A DNA stretch of 46,001 bases from a virus. The notes beneath the pieces are model-generated. The model did not search any database and was not told the DNA's origin. It worked only from the letters and a program-made list of their open reading frames with translations. Shown in pieces: positions 14,633 through 25,041 of the stretch. How positions within the stretch are numbered: the first letter of the stretch is position 1; the number at the start of each line of letters is the position of its first letter. The DNA is taken from IMG/VR virus record IMGVR_UViG_3300029536_000014, positions 1-46,001 of that record. One strand, given 5' to 3'. Position numbers and translations under genes: made by a program.

Positions 14633-17344
14633 ATGGCTGCTGATGGCTCAGTCATTATTGATACCAGAATGGACACGTCAGGCGTCCAAAATGGGGTATC
14701 AGCTATAAAACAGTCATTTAACGGCCTTGGGAGTGCTGTAAAAAAAATTGGTCTGCTGATTGGTGGGGCTTTTGCTGTCGGTAAATTGGCACAGTTTGGG
14801 AAAGAGTGTGTGGAACTTGGCTCTGACCTCGCAGAAGTGCAGAACGTGGTCGATGTTACATTTACCACCATGTCGGATAAGGTCAATGAATTCGCCAAAA
14901 ACGCCATGACCTCAGCCGGACTGTCAGAGACAATGGCAAAGCGGTATGTTGGTACATTCGGGGCAATGTCAAAGTCGTTCGGATTCTCAGAATCGCAGGC
15001 TTACGACATGTCAACGGCTCTGACACAGCTAACTGGTGATGTGGCATCGTTTTATAATATCAGTCAGGATCTGGCGTATATCAAACTGAAATCAGTGTTT
15101 ACGGGCGAAACGGAAACACTCAAAGATCTTGGCGTGGTAATGACCCAGTCGGCACTTGACCAGTATGCATTAGCTAATGGATACGGAAAAACCACGTCTG
15201 AAATGACCGAACAGGAGAAAGTTGCCCTCCGTCTGGCTTTTGTACAGAAACAATTATCGGCTGCATCTGGTGATTTCATCCGAACATCTGACTCATGGGC
15301 GAATCAGGTGCGAGTGATGCAGTTGCAGCTGCAATCTCTCAAGGCAACAGTCGGACAAGGACTGATTAATATTTTTACACCTGTTCTGAAAGTAATCAAT
15401 ATTCTTCTCGGCAAACTGGCGACTCTGGCAAACGCATTTAAGTCATTCACGGAGCTTATTACTGGCAAGAAATCTTCCGGTCAAACGAGCGGAAGTGGAG
15501 CGGGTCTTGCCGGAACAGACGCGATCGCAGATACAGCGGACCAGTATGGACAGGCGGCAGATAATGCAGAAAAACTGGCAGATGCCACGAACGACAATGC
15601 AAAAGCAACAAAAAAAGCGAATAAGGAAACAAAAAACTATCTTTCATCGCTTGATGAAGTGCACAAAGTCACATCTACTGGCAGTAATTCATCTTCCACG
15701 CCATCTTCATCTGGTGGAAGTGGTGGAACAGGTAACAGTGGTATTCCGAGTTCAGTTGGTAATGTGGACTACGGCAATCTCGCAGAAGGCGAAACCGCAC
15801 TTGACAAGATTAGCGATTCCGCAAAGAAACTTGCCGACCTTCTCAAAAAACTCTGGAAGCCATTCCAGGACGCATGGAAAAAAGAGGGTAAGAATACCAT
15901 TGAAGCGGCAAAATTTGCGCTTGATGGGTTAAAAAAACTTGCTGTAAATGTAGGCAAAAGTCTTGTTGAAGTTTGGACAAACGGAACCGGCACAACAATG
16001 TTAGAAACCATGCTGAGGATTGCTCAGAACGTTCTTAAAACTATCGGGAATATTGCATCCGGTTTTGCGGATGCGTGGAATAAGAACAGTGTAGGGACAC
16101 AGATTATACAGAACATTGCAGATGCTCTTGTAGTAGTTATGCAGTTTGTGGAAAAAATCGCAGAAGATACTGCAAAATGGGCGGCAAACCTTGATTTTTA
16201 TCCTTTGTTAGAATCCATCAGTAATCTGACCAGTACCTTTGCGCCAATTCTGGAATCTATCGGAAATGTTCTTGAATGGATTTATAACAATATTGTTCTC
16301 CCAATGCTGAAATGGCTGATTGAAACAGGAATTCCAACAGTGATCAACCTAGTGTCTGATTTGGCAGGATTTTTTGCGGATCACCAATCAATCATTGAAG
16401 CATTCGGCGCAGCTTTGATTGGAGCGTTCGCGGCGGCGAAAATTGCAGGGCTAGCGTCAAGAATAGCAGGAAGTATAACGACAGTAGCGAGTTTTATAAA
16501 GGGCCTTATTGCACTCATGACCGGAACTGGCGGAATTATGGGTGGAATCAAAGCTATTGCAACGGCTATCGGACCGGGCGGAATTTTTATAGCAGCAATA
16601 ACGGCTTGCATTGCAATTGGCGTATTACTGTACAAAAACTGGGACAAGATTAAAGAAGTTGCAGGGGAAGTATGGGATTGGATTAAAAATAAAACATCAA
16701 CATTTGTCAACGCTATAAGCTCTAGTCTTAAGAATCTCGCATCTAAAATTGTGACGATTTGGGATAATGTCAAATCCAGCGCATATCAAAAATGGACTGC
16801 AATTTGGTCAACAGTAGGAAATCTTGTTGAGAGAATTAAAAACGGTATAGTGGAAAAATTTACATCAGCCAAAAATAAGGTTGTCGATATATTTGGCGGA
16901 ATTAAAGATACCATTCGAAAAATATTGAACAAGGTCATTGGCATTGTAAATAGCGCAATTGGAACTGTCAACAGTGCGATTGGTGGAATTGAATCTGCAT
17001 TTTCTTTTGGCCCGTGGGAAGTGCCTACACCGTTCGGAAAGAAAACAATCGGATTTAGTGCAACATTTCCGAGAGTGCCAACAGTACCTTATCTTGCAAA
17101 AGGTGCGGTTATCCCTCCAAGATCAGAATTCCTCGCTGTGTTAGGAGATCAGAAGCAAGGAAACAACATCGAGGCACCAGAAGCTCTGCTCAGAAGAATC
17201 GTGCGTGAGGAATCAGGGCAGCAGAGTGGTGGTGATTACAGATTCACAGCTCAGATTAATAGACGGACTATTTTTGACGAAATTATAGACGAAGCAAAAT
17301 TAAGACGCAGCACAAGCGGAAGAAATCCGTTTGAACTGGCATAG
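14633..17344 (+). CDS. Tape measure protein
   Basis: 903 aa with RBS GGAGGTG. Long helical protein with Gly/Ala-rich hydrophobic segments, downstream of the chaperones. Confidence 0.9.
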   Translation: MAADGSVIIDTRMDTSGVQNGVSAIKQSFNGLGSAVKKIGLLIGGAFAVGKLAQFGKECVELGSDLAEVQNVVDVTFTTMSDKVNEFAKNAMTSAGLSETMAKRYVGTFGAMSKSFGFSESQAYDMSTALTQLTGDVASFYNISQDLAYIKLKSVFTGETETLKDLGVVMTQSALDQYALANGYGKTTSEMTEQEKVALRLAFVQKQLSAASGDFIRTSDSWANQVRVMQLQLQSLKATVGQGLINIFTPVLKVINILLGKLATLANAFKSFTELITGKKSSGQTSGSGAGLAGTDAIADTADQYGQAADNAEKLADATNDNAKATKKANKETKNYLSSLDEVHKVTSTGSNSSSTPSSSGGSGGTGNSGIPSSVGNVDYGNLAEGETALDKISDSAKKLADLLKKLWKPFQDAWKKEGKNTIEAAKFALDGLKKLAVNVGKSLVEVWTNGTGTTMLETMLRIAQNVLKTIGNIASGFADAWNKNSVGTQIIQNIADALVVVMQFVEKIAEDTAKWAANLDFYPLLESISNLTSTFAPILESIGNVLEWIYNNIVLPMLKWLIETGIPTVINLVSDLAGFFADHQSIIEAFGAALIGAFAAAKIAGLASRIAGSITTVASFIKGLIALMTGTGGIMGGIKAIATAIGPGGIFIAAITACIAIGVLLYKNWDKIKEVAGEVWDWIKNKTSTFVNAISSSLKNLASKIVTIWDNVKSSAYQKWTAIWSTVGNLVERIKNGIVEKFTSAKNKVVDIFGGIKDTIRKILNKVIGIVNSAIGTVNSAIGGIESAFSFGPWEVPTPFGKKTIGFSATFPRVPTVPYLAKGAVIPPRSEFLAVLGDQKQGNNIEAPEALLRRIVREESGQQSGGDYRFTAQINRRTIFDEIIDEAKLRRSTSGRNPFELA

Positions 17345-17355
17345 GAGGTGGAAAC

Positions 17356-17754
17356 GTGGCAACTATTCCAAAAAGTATAACAAAACGATACAAGATGAAC
17401 GGGGCCTCCATCTATCAGCCAGATAAAGATATGGGTTATAACCTCGAAACAACTTATTCAGAAGGTAGTAACCGTACGCAGTTCGGAAAAGCGTTGTTAA
17501 CTCCATTGTTTACAGTCGAACAGTATAGCTATGAAGCATCAAACGTTCCAGTTATAGAAGCAAACAAAATTCTCAAAATTATCGCAAAAGGAAAAACTTT
17601 CAATTTGTACCATTGGTCGCTTTACCACATGGCATGGAGAACTGACCCGTTTTATGTCGGAAAAGCAAGCCTAACTATTGGAGAAATTTCGCCAGACTTA
17701 AAATTTGTATCAAAAATATCTTTTAACATGCAGGGGGTGAATCCACTTGATTAA
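17356..17754 (+). CDS. Tail component (small distal-tail-like protein)
   Basis: 132 aa with GTG start after AGGAGGTGG; lies between the tape measure and the large tail fibre gene. Confidence 0.55.
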   Translation: MATIPKSITKRYKMNGASIYQPDKDMGYNLETTYSEGSNRTQFGKALLTPLFTVEQYSYEASNVPVIEANKILKIIAKGKTFNLYHWSLYHMAWRTDPFYVGKASLTIGEISPDLKFVSKISFNMQGVNPLD

Positions 17755-20700
17755 TGTATCCGATACATTTAAGCAAAAACTACAGGACGGAGAAAGAGTC
17801 TGGCAGGAAGTGGAAATCACCTTTCCTGACGGAACTGTAAAAACAGTCAAAAACGAAATCATGGGCGAAAATTGTACTTTTTCTGATTGTGCAGAAAGTA
17901 GCAGCTTTCCGATTGGCTGCGTTGTTTGTAAATCCATGACATTGGAGTTGGACAACACTTCTGATCAATGGAAAAACTATAATTTCTATATGGCAAAAGT
18001 TCATGCGTATCTTAAAATGCAGACCTCCGTAGCAAGTCCAGCTGCAACAGATGAATTGCTGGATGAAAACTATGACCCAATTCTTGATCAGAGTGGCGGT
18101 GCGATTCTGGCAACAAAAGCAGCGACAGAAGACAGAGTCGAAACCATTGATAAAGGTATTTATACAATTACGACACCAGAACAATATGGCGAAATCCTTA
18201 GTTTTACCGCTTTGGACGATATGTATAAAACGAACGCAACTTATATATCTCATCTGGTTCTGCCACAGTCAATAGAGACTCTTGTTAGAGATGCGTGTGA
18301 GACTCTTGGTATTCCGTCAGAAGTCTCCATGGCTCATGGAAATCTGATCGTGTCAGAGATTCCGGAAAACATGACGTTTCGTCAGTTGTTCGGATGGGCA
18401 GCAATGCTTGAGACTGCGAACGCTCGCCTGGACAGCAGAGGATACTTGCGATTTATCAGATGGGATTTTTCCAATGTACAAGAAGATTACAACGCAGTAG
18501 TGGACGCTGATGGAAATGTAACATTTAAAGGCGGCGCAAGTATTGACTCAGAAAGTTTTATCAGTCCGACAGGGAACTGGACAATTGATAGTGATGGATT
18601 CTTGACACTGATCGAATCAGCAGCTGACACATCCGAAAAGCTCAAAGACTTTTTTACAAGTCCAACCGTTTCTAGTGATGATATTGTGATTACTGGAATC
18701 AAGCTAAAAAATAGAGAAAATGAAGCCATGTACGGAAGCACAGGATATGTTCTTAAATTGGAGAACGACCTTGTTGCGGATTCGGACTTGGACACGGTAG
18801 CTGCTCAAATTGGCGATTCCATAATTGGAGCTAAATTCCGTAACATGTCGGGAGAACTTGTATATAACCCACTCATTGAGTTTGGAGATATGGCATATAC
18901 TTATGATCGCAAATGGAACAGATATATAACTCCGCTGACGGACGTTTCTTGTTCCGTTAATGGAAAGACTACTGTAAAAACTCAATCCGACGACCCTATC
19001 AGAGGGCAGAGCAAGTTCCAGTCAGAATCCACTAAGGCAATCGTAGAGGCAAGACGACTTGTTAAAAAAGAACAATCAGCTAGAGAAAAAGCAGTAAAGA
19101 AATTAGAAGAAACCTTAAAAAATTCTTCTGGATTATATGAAACATCAGTCGCACAGGAAGATGGCAGTACTATCACATATCTGCATGACAAGCCTACACT
19201 TGCAGAATCAAAAAATGTAATTAAATTCACAGCAGAAGCCATTGGCGTATCCAATGATGGTGGCAAAACATATCCTTACGGTTTCTTTCTGACAGGCGAT
19301 TTGATAGCAAAAATTCTGTACGCACATGGTATCAATGCTGATTATATTGACACAGGTGCACTGACTGTCAGAGATAGCGATGGAAACATAATCTTCCAAG
19401 TTGATATGGATACCAAAAAAGTAATCATCAGCGGAGATAATGTTGTAATTGGTGACAGTTCTTTGCCGGATAAACTGACAAAAATGGACAACAATATTGC
19501 GGATGCCAAGAATATGACATTCCAGCTGTCGAACGATATGCAGACGATCACATCTGACGCAGACGGCAACATTCCGGTATTTCCAACAGTGGCAACTACA
19601 GCGAAAGTTATGTACGGCTCGTCAGATATCACAAATGATTGTAGCTATACCATTACAAAATCAGACAGTGTAACCGGCTCTTGGGATGTAGATACGCATA
19701 CTTACACTGTCACAGGCTTGAGTGCAGACAATGGATGGGTGGATATTAAGGCAACGTACCTGATTAATCTTTCTATAACGAAGAGATTTACGATTTCCAA
19801 GCAGAAATCAGGGAAAAACGGAAAACAGCTTTATACATGGAGAAAATACGCATCCATGCCGGATGGCTCTGATATGAGTGATAGCCCATATTATGTAAAA
19901 CTTCTGGACAGCGCCGAAAGTCCCATACTGGACAGTACCGGGGATGAAATCTATACAGTCACAGAAGCAATCTATGTTGGAATTGCTGATAATAAAACTA
20001 CAGAAACACCGTCTGATAATCCGAAAGATTACATTTGGAGCCGTTTTCGCGGCGAAGACGGAGCGGATGGAATTGGCATTCCGGGAGAGAACGGAGAAAC
20101 TTCTTACATCCATACCGCTTATGCAAATAGTATTGACGGAACTGTGGACTTTTCCACAACTGATACAGATAGAATTTACATTGGCCATTATTCCGATTTC
20201 GAAAAGACGGACAGTGCAGACCCAGCGAAATATACATGGGCGAGAATGCGTGGAGAAGACGGGCCTCCAGGAAGAACGTATTACCTGAGAGCCAACGCAG
20301 GAGTCCTGATGATGGGACAGGATAAGAAAATAACTCCTAATCCATTCAAGGTTCATGCGTATTACAGAGATGGACAGGGTGACGAAGCAACTTTTAAAAC
20401 CTGGTGGGTAGTAGAATACAGCAAAAATTCCGGAAAAACATGGACAAAACTGGCCTTTAATGTACAGACCAGTGGAATAACTATTAATCCAGATAGCTAT
20501 TCTCTTGGTGCTGACGGAATGATACGTGCAACAATTTATACGGATTCCGGAAGAACTAAAATCGCCGATCAGCAAACATGGCAGGTTGCTGTTGACGTTG
20601 GCATGCTTACGCAGGAGCAGATTGTTGAGATATTGTCCAATGACGGAGAATTTAAAGGTCTCTACTATTTGAATGGACATCTGTACATCAGTTTAGACGC

Positions 20701-21493
20701 ATTGATGGGAAACGCCGCAATTCTAGGTGGAACCAAAAACGGCAACGGATACCTAAAGATTAAAGATAAAAAAGGCACCGTGAAGGGACTGATAGATTAC
20801 TCAGGCTACACTGCATTTACAAGCTATGAAGAAAATTCTACGCGCATGAAATATACAGGAATTTGTTTTTCAGATACTGGAATAAATCCTGTTAGTGCCG
20901 AGAAATACTTTAGCAGCACTGCGGACATTGAATACGTTGAAACGGCGTGGGGAATCGACTGGACTGCCGAAGAGCTTAATATTAGTGCAACAGAAGTATC
21001 GGCTGATACCGGTACATTTGGAGATTTAACTGTTACTAATTCTGCATCTTTCACAAAATCACCAAAGATAGAAGACATGGAGTATACGACATCATCAAAT
21101 ACTATTTGTTGGGATGGACGTACAGGATACAAACAGCTGATGCTGAAATCTTCATCCTCGAAACGCTATAAAGATATTGGAAATGATATTTCAGAGCAAG
21201 AAATTGAAGAATGGTACAATATCAAACCACTTTGGGCGAAATATAAAGAGGGATATCTAGTTAAAGGGGACGAGAATGAAGGAAGATATATCCCGATGTT
21301 TATTGCTGAGAATGTAGAAGCATTCTTTCCAGAAGCTACTCGGCATCAAAACGGACTTGTTGAGGACTGGAACGAACGTATCATGATACCGGCTATGTTT
21401 GCGATGATTAAAAGCCAGAAAGAACAGATTGACCGACAGGAGAAACTAATTAATCAGCTCTATAAAAAGCTCAATATAGAAAAGGAGAATTAA
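17747..21493 (+). CDS. Tail-associated fibre/spike protein with a C-terminal intramolecular chaperone (Peptidase_S74) domain
   Basis: 1248 aa. The N-terminus is Sipho_tail/Tal-like. The C-terminal SSSSKRYKDIG...IPMFIAENVEAFFPEATRHQNGLVEDWNERIMIPAMFAMIKSQKEQIDRQEKLINQL is the S74 auto-cleaving chaperone pattern. Confidence 0.8.
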   Translation: MINVSDTFKQKLQDGERVWQEVEITFPDGTVKTVKNEIMGENCTFSDCAESSSFPIGCVVCKSMTLELDNTSDQWKNYNFYMAKVHAYLKMQTSVASPAATDELLDENYDPILDQSGGAILATKAATEDRVETIDKGIYTITTPEQYGEILSFTALDDMYKTNATYISHLVLPQSIETLVRDACETLGIPSEVSMAHGNLIVSEIPENMTFRQLFGWAAMLETANARLDSRGYLRFIRWDFSNVQEDYNAVVDADGNVTFKGGASIDSESFISPTGNWTIDSDGFLTLIESAADTSEKLKDFFTSPTVSSDDIVITGIKLKNRENEAMYGSTGYVLKLENDLVADSDLDTVAAQIGDSIIGAKFRNMSGELVYNPLIEFGDMAYTYDRKWNRYITPLTDVSCSVNGKTTVKTQSDDPIRGQSKFQSESTKAIVEARRLVKKEQSAREKAVKKLEETLKNSSGLYETSVAQEDGSTITYLHDKPTLAESKNVIKFTAEAIGVSNDGGKTYPYGFFLTGDLIAKILYAHGINADYIDTGALTVRDSDGNIIFQVDMDTKKVIISGDNVVIGDSSLPDKLTKMDNNIADAKNMTFQLSNDMQTITSDADGNIPVFPTVATTAKVMYGSSDITNDCSYTITKSDSVTGSWDVDTHTYTVTGLSADNGWVDIKATYLINLSITKRFTISKQKSGKNGKQLYTWRKYASMPDGSDMSDSPYYVKLLDSAESPILDSTGDEIYTVTEAIYVGIADNKTTETPSDNPKDYIWSRFRGEDGADGIGIPGENGETSYIHTAYANSIDGTVDFSTTDTDRIYIGHYSDFEKTDSADPAKYTWARMRGEDGPPGRTYYLRANAGVLMMGQDKKITPNPFKVHAYYRDGQGDEATFKTWWVVEYSKNSGKTWTKLAFNVQTSGITINPDSYSLGADGMIRATIYTDSGRTKIADQQTWQVAVDVGMLTQEQIVEILSNDGEFKGLYYLNGHLYISLDALMGNAAILGGTKNGNGYLKIKDKKGTVKGLIDYSGYTAFTSYEENSTRMKYTGICFSDTGINPVSAEKYFSSTADIEYVETAWGIDWTAEELNISATEVSADTGTFGDLTVTNSASFTKSPKIEDMEYTTSSNTICWDGRTGYKQLMLKSSSSKRYKDIGNDISEQEIEEWYNIKPLWAKYKEGYLVKGDENEGRYIPMFIAENVEAFFPEATRHQNGLVEDWNERIMIPAMFAMIKSQKEQIDRQEKLINQLYKKLNIEKEN

Positions 21494-21494
21494 T

Positions 21495-21962
21495 ATGGCA
21501 AAATTTAATGAATACACAGTAAAGGCAACTCCAGAAGATGCAGATACCTTAATGCTCTATGATGCTGCATCAAAAACAAACAAACTTTCACCATTCAGCG
21601 GAATCTGGAACTGGATGGTCAATAAATTGACAAATGCAGTAATCAATAACTTGCAGACTTCAAACAAGACTGTAGTGGGGGCTCTTAATGAATTAAATAG
21701 TAACAGAAAATTCTCTATAAATCCACAAAGCAACACATATGACAATTTTGAAGCGGTATTTAATAAATGTTTGGAACTCTCAATCATCGGAGTAGAAGAA
21801 GTTTTCTGTGTAAATATAAAATCGTTTGAAAGTTATTGTATCGTAAAATTCTACAAACGTTCCGATGATTCGGCAAAGATGATTGTATTTAGGTACGACG
21901 GTATTACTATTGTTGACGGAGCTACAAATTCATTATTTATAAAATCAATCGTTGCAGAATAA
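21495..21962 (+). CDS. Tail fibre-associated protein
   Basis: 155 aa with RBS AAAGGAG. The N-terminal FNEYT...DADTLMLYD...LQTSNKTVVGALNELN motif is common at the N-termini of phage receptor-binding and fibre proteins. Confidence 0.55.
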   Translation: MAKFNEYTVKATPEDADTLMLYDAASKTNKLSPFSGIWNWMVNKLTNAVINNLQTSNKTVVGALNELNSNRKFSINPQSNTYDNFEAVFNKCLELSIIGVEEVFCVNIKSFESYCIVKFYKRSDDSAKMIVFRYDGITIVDGATNSLFIKSIVAE

Positions 21963-22076
21963 AGTGAAAAAGCAAACAACATATTTTGACGAACTCCTGT
22001 TTAATCTAATTGTGAACAGCACATCTCATGTGGCAAAATGAACCTGTGGAAGGTACATTATTTTGACAAAAATTGA

Positions 22077-22247
22077 AAAAATCTGCATCTGATAAGACGC
22101 ACTACTGCTACAAGCGCTTTGAAACGTGGCATGGATGTTACAGAATTACAAAAGATGTTAGGACATGAAAAACTAGACACAACTATGATTTATGCGAAAG
22201 TATCGCAAGAATCATTGAGATATAGTCACCACAGATACGTGGTGTGA
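22077..22247 (+). pseudogene. C-terminal remnant of a tyrosine recombinase
   Basis: Open frame with no start codon: KNLHLIRRTTATSALKRGMDVTELQKMLGHEKLDTTMIYAKVSQESLRYSHHRYVV. This equals box II (H-x-L-R-x-T...LGH...Y) of XerC/phage integrases; TGA lies immediately upstream at 22074. Confidence 0.7.
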
Positions 22248-22259
22248 AAGGAGCACAAC

Positions 22260-23681
22260 ATGGAAATTAAAGGCATTGACGTATCATCTTATCAAGGGAA
22301 ACCGGATTGGGCAAAAGTATCGAATTCTGGAATTAAGTTTGCAATTTTGAGAATTCATCAGAAATCCGGCACAGATGCATCATTCGAACACAACTACAAG
22401 GGCTGTAAATCCAATGGAATTCTTATTGGTGGATATAAATACAGTTATGCTTTAACACCGGCACAGGCAATTGACGAAGCTGAGAACTTAATTTCCGTTC
22501 TTGGTGGACGCGGATTGGATTTCCCAGTATTCTATGACCTCGAATGGAAACAGCAGAGAAGTCTTGGAAAACAGGCTATTGAGAATATTGCAGTAGCATT
22601 TCTGACCAGAATCAAGAAAGCCGGTTATAAGGCAGGCATCTATTGCAATCTTGATTGGCACAATAACGTTTTGTCAGATGCGCTGAAACAGTATGATTGT
22701 TGGATTGCTCGTTATCCGGCTAACGACAACGGCTCTGCACAGGAAAGATTACGTCCGAACGTCGGTGTAGGCTGGCAGTATTCCAGTAAAGGAAAAGTTC
22801 CAGGAATTAATGGAAATGTTGATATGGATGTGTTTTACAAGGATTATAGAGATTCTGACCAGAAAGGAGAAACTAAAATGGTAAAAATCAGTAACTGCGG
22901 ACATGATGAAAGAGGAAGATATGCAGGTGGGAAAGCAGGAGATCAGACTGGTACAGAATATCAGATCATGAACTGGTACAGTAGACCGTGGCTCTGTGTC
23001 CTAAGATTCAATGACGCCAAAATCGCAACCATGATTGCAGACATGGCGACAAAAGCGGCACAGAACAATCTCATCGGATACGATCAGGGCACTGCCGGAA
23101 ACAGCAATGACCGGTATTCGTTCTGGCGGCACTTAAAGGCAAGCAACTACGATCCGGCGCAGATCACGGTAGCTTGCGAATCTGATTGCAGCGCAAGTAC
23201 AGCAGCTATCGTCAAGGGAGCTGGGTATCGCTTAAATAACGCAAGACTCAAAGCGGTCAGCATCTATCTGACGACACGAAACATGAGAGCTGCAATGAAG
23301 ATTGCCGGTGCGAAAGTACTGACGGATAGAAAGTATCTGACATCCGGCGACTATCTAAAGGCAGGAGATATCCTCCTGAATGATAACCACCACGTGGCTA
23401 TCGCTGTTACCACCGGCGCAAAAGCAAATACGCTTTCAGCGTCAACTATTCTGTCTAAAACTCCGAAGTGGGTGGGAAAGGTAACTGCAAATACACTTAA
23501 TGTCCGCACATGGGCAGGAACAGAGTATGCACAGCTTAAAAGCTATCCTACACTTGCAAAAGGCAATTTAGTTGATGTATGCGATACCATTAAAGCCAAA
23601 GATGGAGCATCTTGGTACTATATCCGCATTGCCGGAAAATATTTTGGATTTGTTTCTGCAAAATACATCAAAAAGGTATAA
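22260..23681 (+). CDS. Endolysin: GH25 muramidase + Cys/His peptidase-like middle domain + SH3 cell-wall-binding domain
   Basis: 473 aa. N-terminal IKGIDVSSYQGKPDWAKVSNSGIKFAILRI indicates GH25. The middle domain has ESDCSAS...NDNHHVAIAV. The C-terminal NVRTWAGTEYAQLKSYP...WYYIRIAGKYFGFVSAKYI is SH3-like. Confidence 0.85.
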   Translation: MEIKGIDVSSYQGKPDWAKVSNSGIKFAILRIHQKSGTDASFEHNYKGCKSNGILIGGYKYSYALTPAQAIDEAENLISVLGGRGLDFPVFYDLEWKQQRSLGKQAIENIAVAFLTRIKKAGYKAGIYCNLDWHNNVLSDALKQYDCWIARYPANDNGSAQERLRPNVGVGWQYSSKGKVPGINGNVDMDVFYKDYRDSDQKGETKMVKISNCGHDERGRYAGGKAGDQTGTEYQIMNWYSRPWLCVLRFNDAKIATMIADMATKAAQNNLIGYDQGTAGNSNDRYSFWRHLKASNYDPAQITVACESDCSASTAAIVKGAGYRLNNARLKAVSIYLTTRNMRAAMKIAGAKVLTDRKYLTSGDYLKAGDILLNDNHHVAIAVTTGAKANTLSASTILSKTPKWVGKVTANTLNVRTWAGTEYAQLKSYPTLAKGNLVDVCDTIKAKDGASWYYIRIAGKYFGFVSAKYIKKV

Positions 23682-23687
23682 AACTTA

Positions 23688-23722
23688 AGCCCCTTGGAGG
23701 TTACTCCTTGGGGCTGTTTTTT
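23688..23722 (+). terminator. Intrinsic terminator after the endolysin gene
   Basis: AGCCCCTTGGAG / CTCCTTGGGGCT stem (one internal 2x2 mismatch) followed by GTTTTTT. Confidence 0.7.
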
Positions 23723-23737
23723 ACATATTGTATCAAA

Positions 23738-23763
23738 TTCGTGTTGCATTTCGTGTTGCATAG
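23738..23763. repeat. attP arm repeat (2 x GTGTTGCAT), left arm
   Basis: TTCGTGTTGCATTTCGTGTTGCATAG recurs with 1 mismatch at 23954-23979, on the other side of the tRNA-derived core. Confidence 0.6.
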
Positions 23764-23886
23764 TTCTTCTTTTTTATGCCAAAACTGGCAAAATAACATA
23801 TTTTATGAGCTAATTTGAAATTGCCGAAACCATTGAAAACACTACGTTCTTTGCGAGAACCAGTGAATACAAGATTTTCATAAAAA

Positions 23887-23911
23887 TGCGGATGACAGGA
23901 CTTGAACCTGT
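23887..23911 (-). other. attP core: 3' end fragment of a host tRNA gene
   Basis: The reverse strand reads ACAGG-TTCAAGT-CCTGT-CATCCGCA, a T-arm plus 3' acceptor strand, but no 5' tRNA half precedes it. It lies 40 nt from the integrase gene. Confidence 0.65.
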
Positions 23912-23949
23912 AAGAAAAAGCCTAACATTCCCTATTTTACAGCATTTGT

Positions 23950-25041
23950 TTATTTCGTGTTGCATTTTGTGTTGCATAGCTTTGAAAAATAATCATTCCC
24001 AATTTCATTCATCTCTTTTTCTCGATCAACCAGAACGTGCCGATATACATTTTTTAATGTGGTATCATCCTCCCAACCGCCGCGCTGCATAATATATACA
24101 TCTGGAATTCCAAGAGTATGCAACTCAGATGCGCAATAATGACGCAAATCATGAAAACGGAAATGATGTATATGATTATCCTCTAAAACATCAGCGAATC
24201 TATTAGATATTTGCGCCGGATTCAAATTTGTTATTTTTCCATGTATACCTTTAAGTTTTTCTGCAACGAAATCCGGAAATGGAATAAAACGATCGCCAGC
24301 AAAAGATTTTGGTCTTTTGATAACCCAACCATGAGAATCATTCATAACCATAGCATATTCGACATGTACTATGTTCTGCTTGATATGATCAGAATTAAGC
24401 GCGCAGATTTCTGACCGCCTCATTGGACCGAATGCTGCCAGAAGAACAGGTATCTCTAATTCACTACCTACAGTACATTCAATTACCTTTTTGACTTCGG
24501 CAGATGTAGGTACATAGATTTTCGGTCTTACCTTTTTAGGTAAGGAAGTTCTTAAGATGAAATCCGAACGATAAGTCTTCAAGACAGTAGAAAGAAAGCC
24601 ATGCATATTGTACACAGTTTTTGGCGAATGAGTAAGTGCTTCACGATTCATTTCAGCTTGAACATCCTCTTGAGTGATTTCCATTATATTTAATGACATA
24701 AGTTTAGCCATGTCTCTTTTGACAGATCGCTTATATTCTCTAATAGTTCCAGGGGATAAAACACCTGTTCTGCTTTCTATGTATTTATTACATGCCTCTT
24801 TTAATGTCATATCTTCTGGTGGAACATATCGCGCAGTCAATACTTCACTTTCTTTTTTTGCTGCCCATTCGGCAGCCATTTGCTCACAGATTCGCTTCCC
24901 TTTTTTGCTAGGATCTGAGCATGTAAAAGATTTATAAACCCTTTTCTTTTTGATGGTCCCGTCTGATAATGGGATTTCTTCGATGTGACTGAATACCTGA
25001 CATCTCCATGAGCCAGATGGCAGTTTTTTTGCAGTTGCCAT
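23950..25041 (-). CDS. int: Tyrosine integrase
   Basis: 363 aa. The C-terminal HDLRHYCASEL...GGWEDDTTLKNVYRHV carries the H-x-x-R and catalytic Tyr motifs. Adjacent to the attP core. Confidence 0.9.
   Translation of the reverse strand: MATAKKLPSGSWRCQVFSHIEEIPLSDGTIKKKRVYKSFTCSDPSKKGKRICEQMAAEWAAKKESEVLTARYVPPEDMTLKEACNKYIESRTGVLSPGTIREYKRSVKRDMAKLMSLNIMEITQEDVQAEMNREALTHSPKTVYNMHGFLSTVLKTYRSDFILRTSLPKKVRPKIYVPTSAEVKKVIECTVGSELEIPVLLAAFGPMRRSEICALNSDHIKQNIVHVEYAMVMNDSHGWVIKRPKSFAGDRFIPFPDFVAEKLKGIHGKITNLNPAQISNRFADVLEDNHIHHFRFHDLRHYCASELHTLGIPDVYIMQRGGWEDDTTLKNVYRHVLVDREKEMNEIGNDYFSKLCNTKCNTK
23954..23979. repeat. attP arm repeat (2 x GTGTTGCAT), right arm, overlapping the integrase 3' end
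   Basis: TTCGTGTTGCATTTTGTGTTGCATAG. On the reverse strand it encodes the integrase C-terminal tail CNTKCNTK. Confidence 0.6.

Noticed and set aside
23886-24092. 68-aa forward ORF across the attP core
   Set aside because: It starts inside the tRNA-derived core and is otherwise antisense to the integrase 3' end. It has no RBS.
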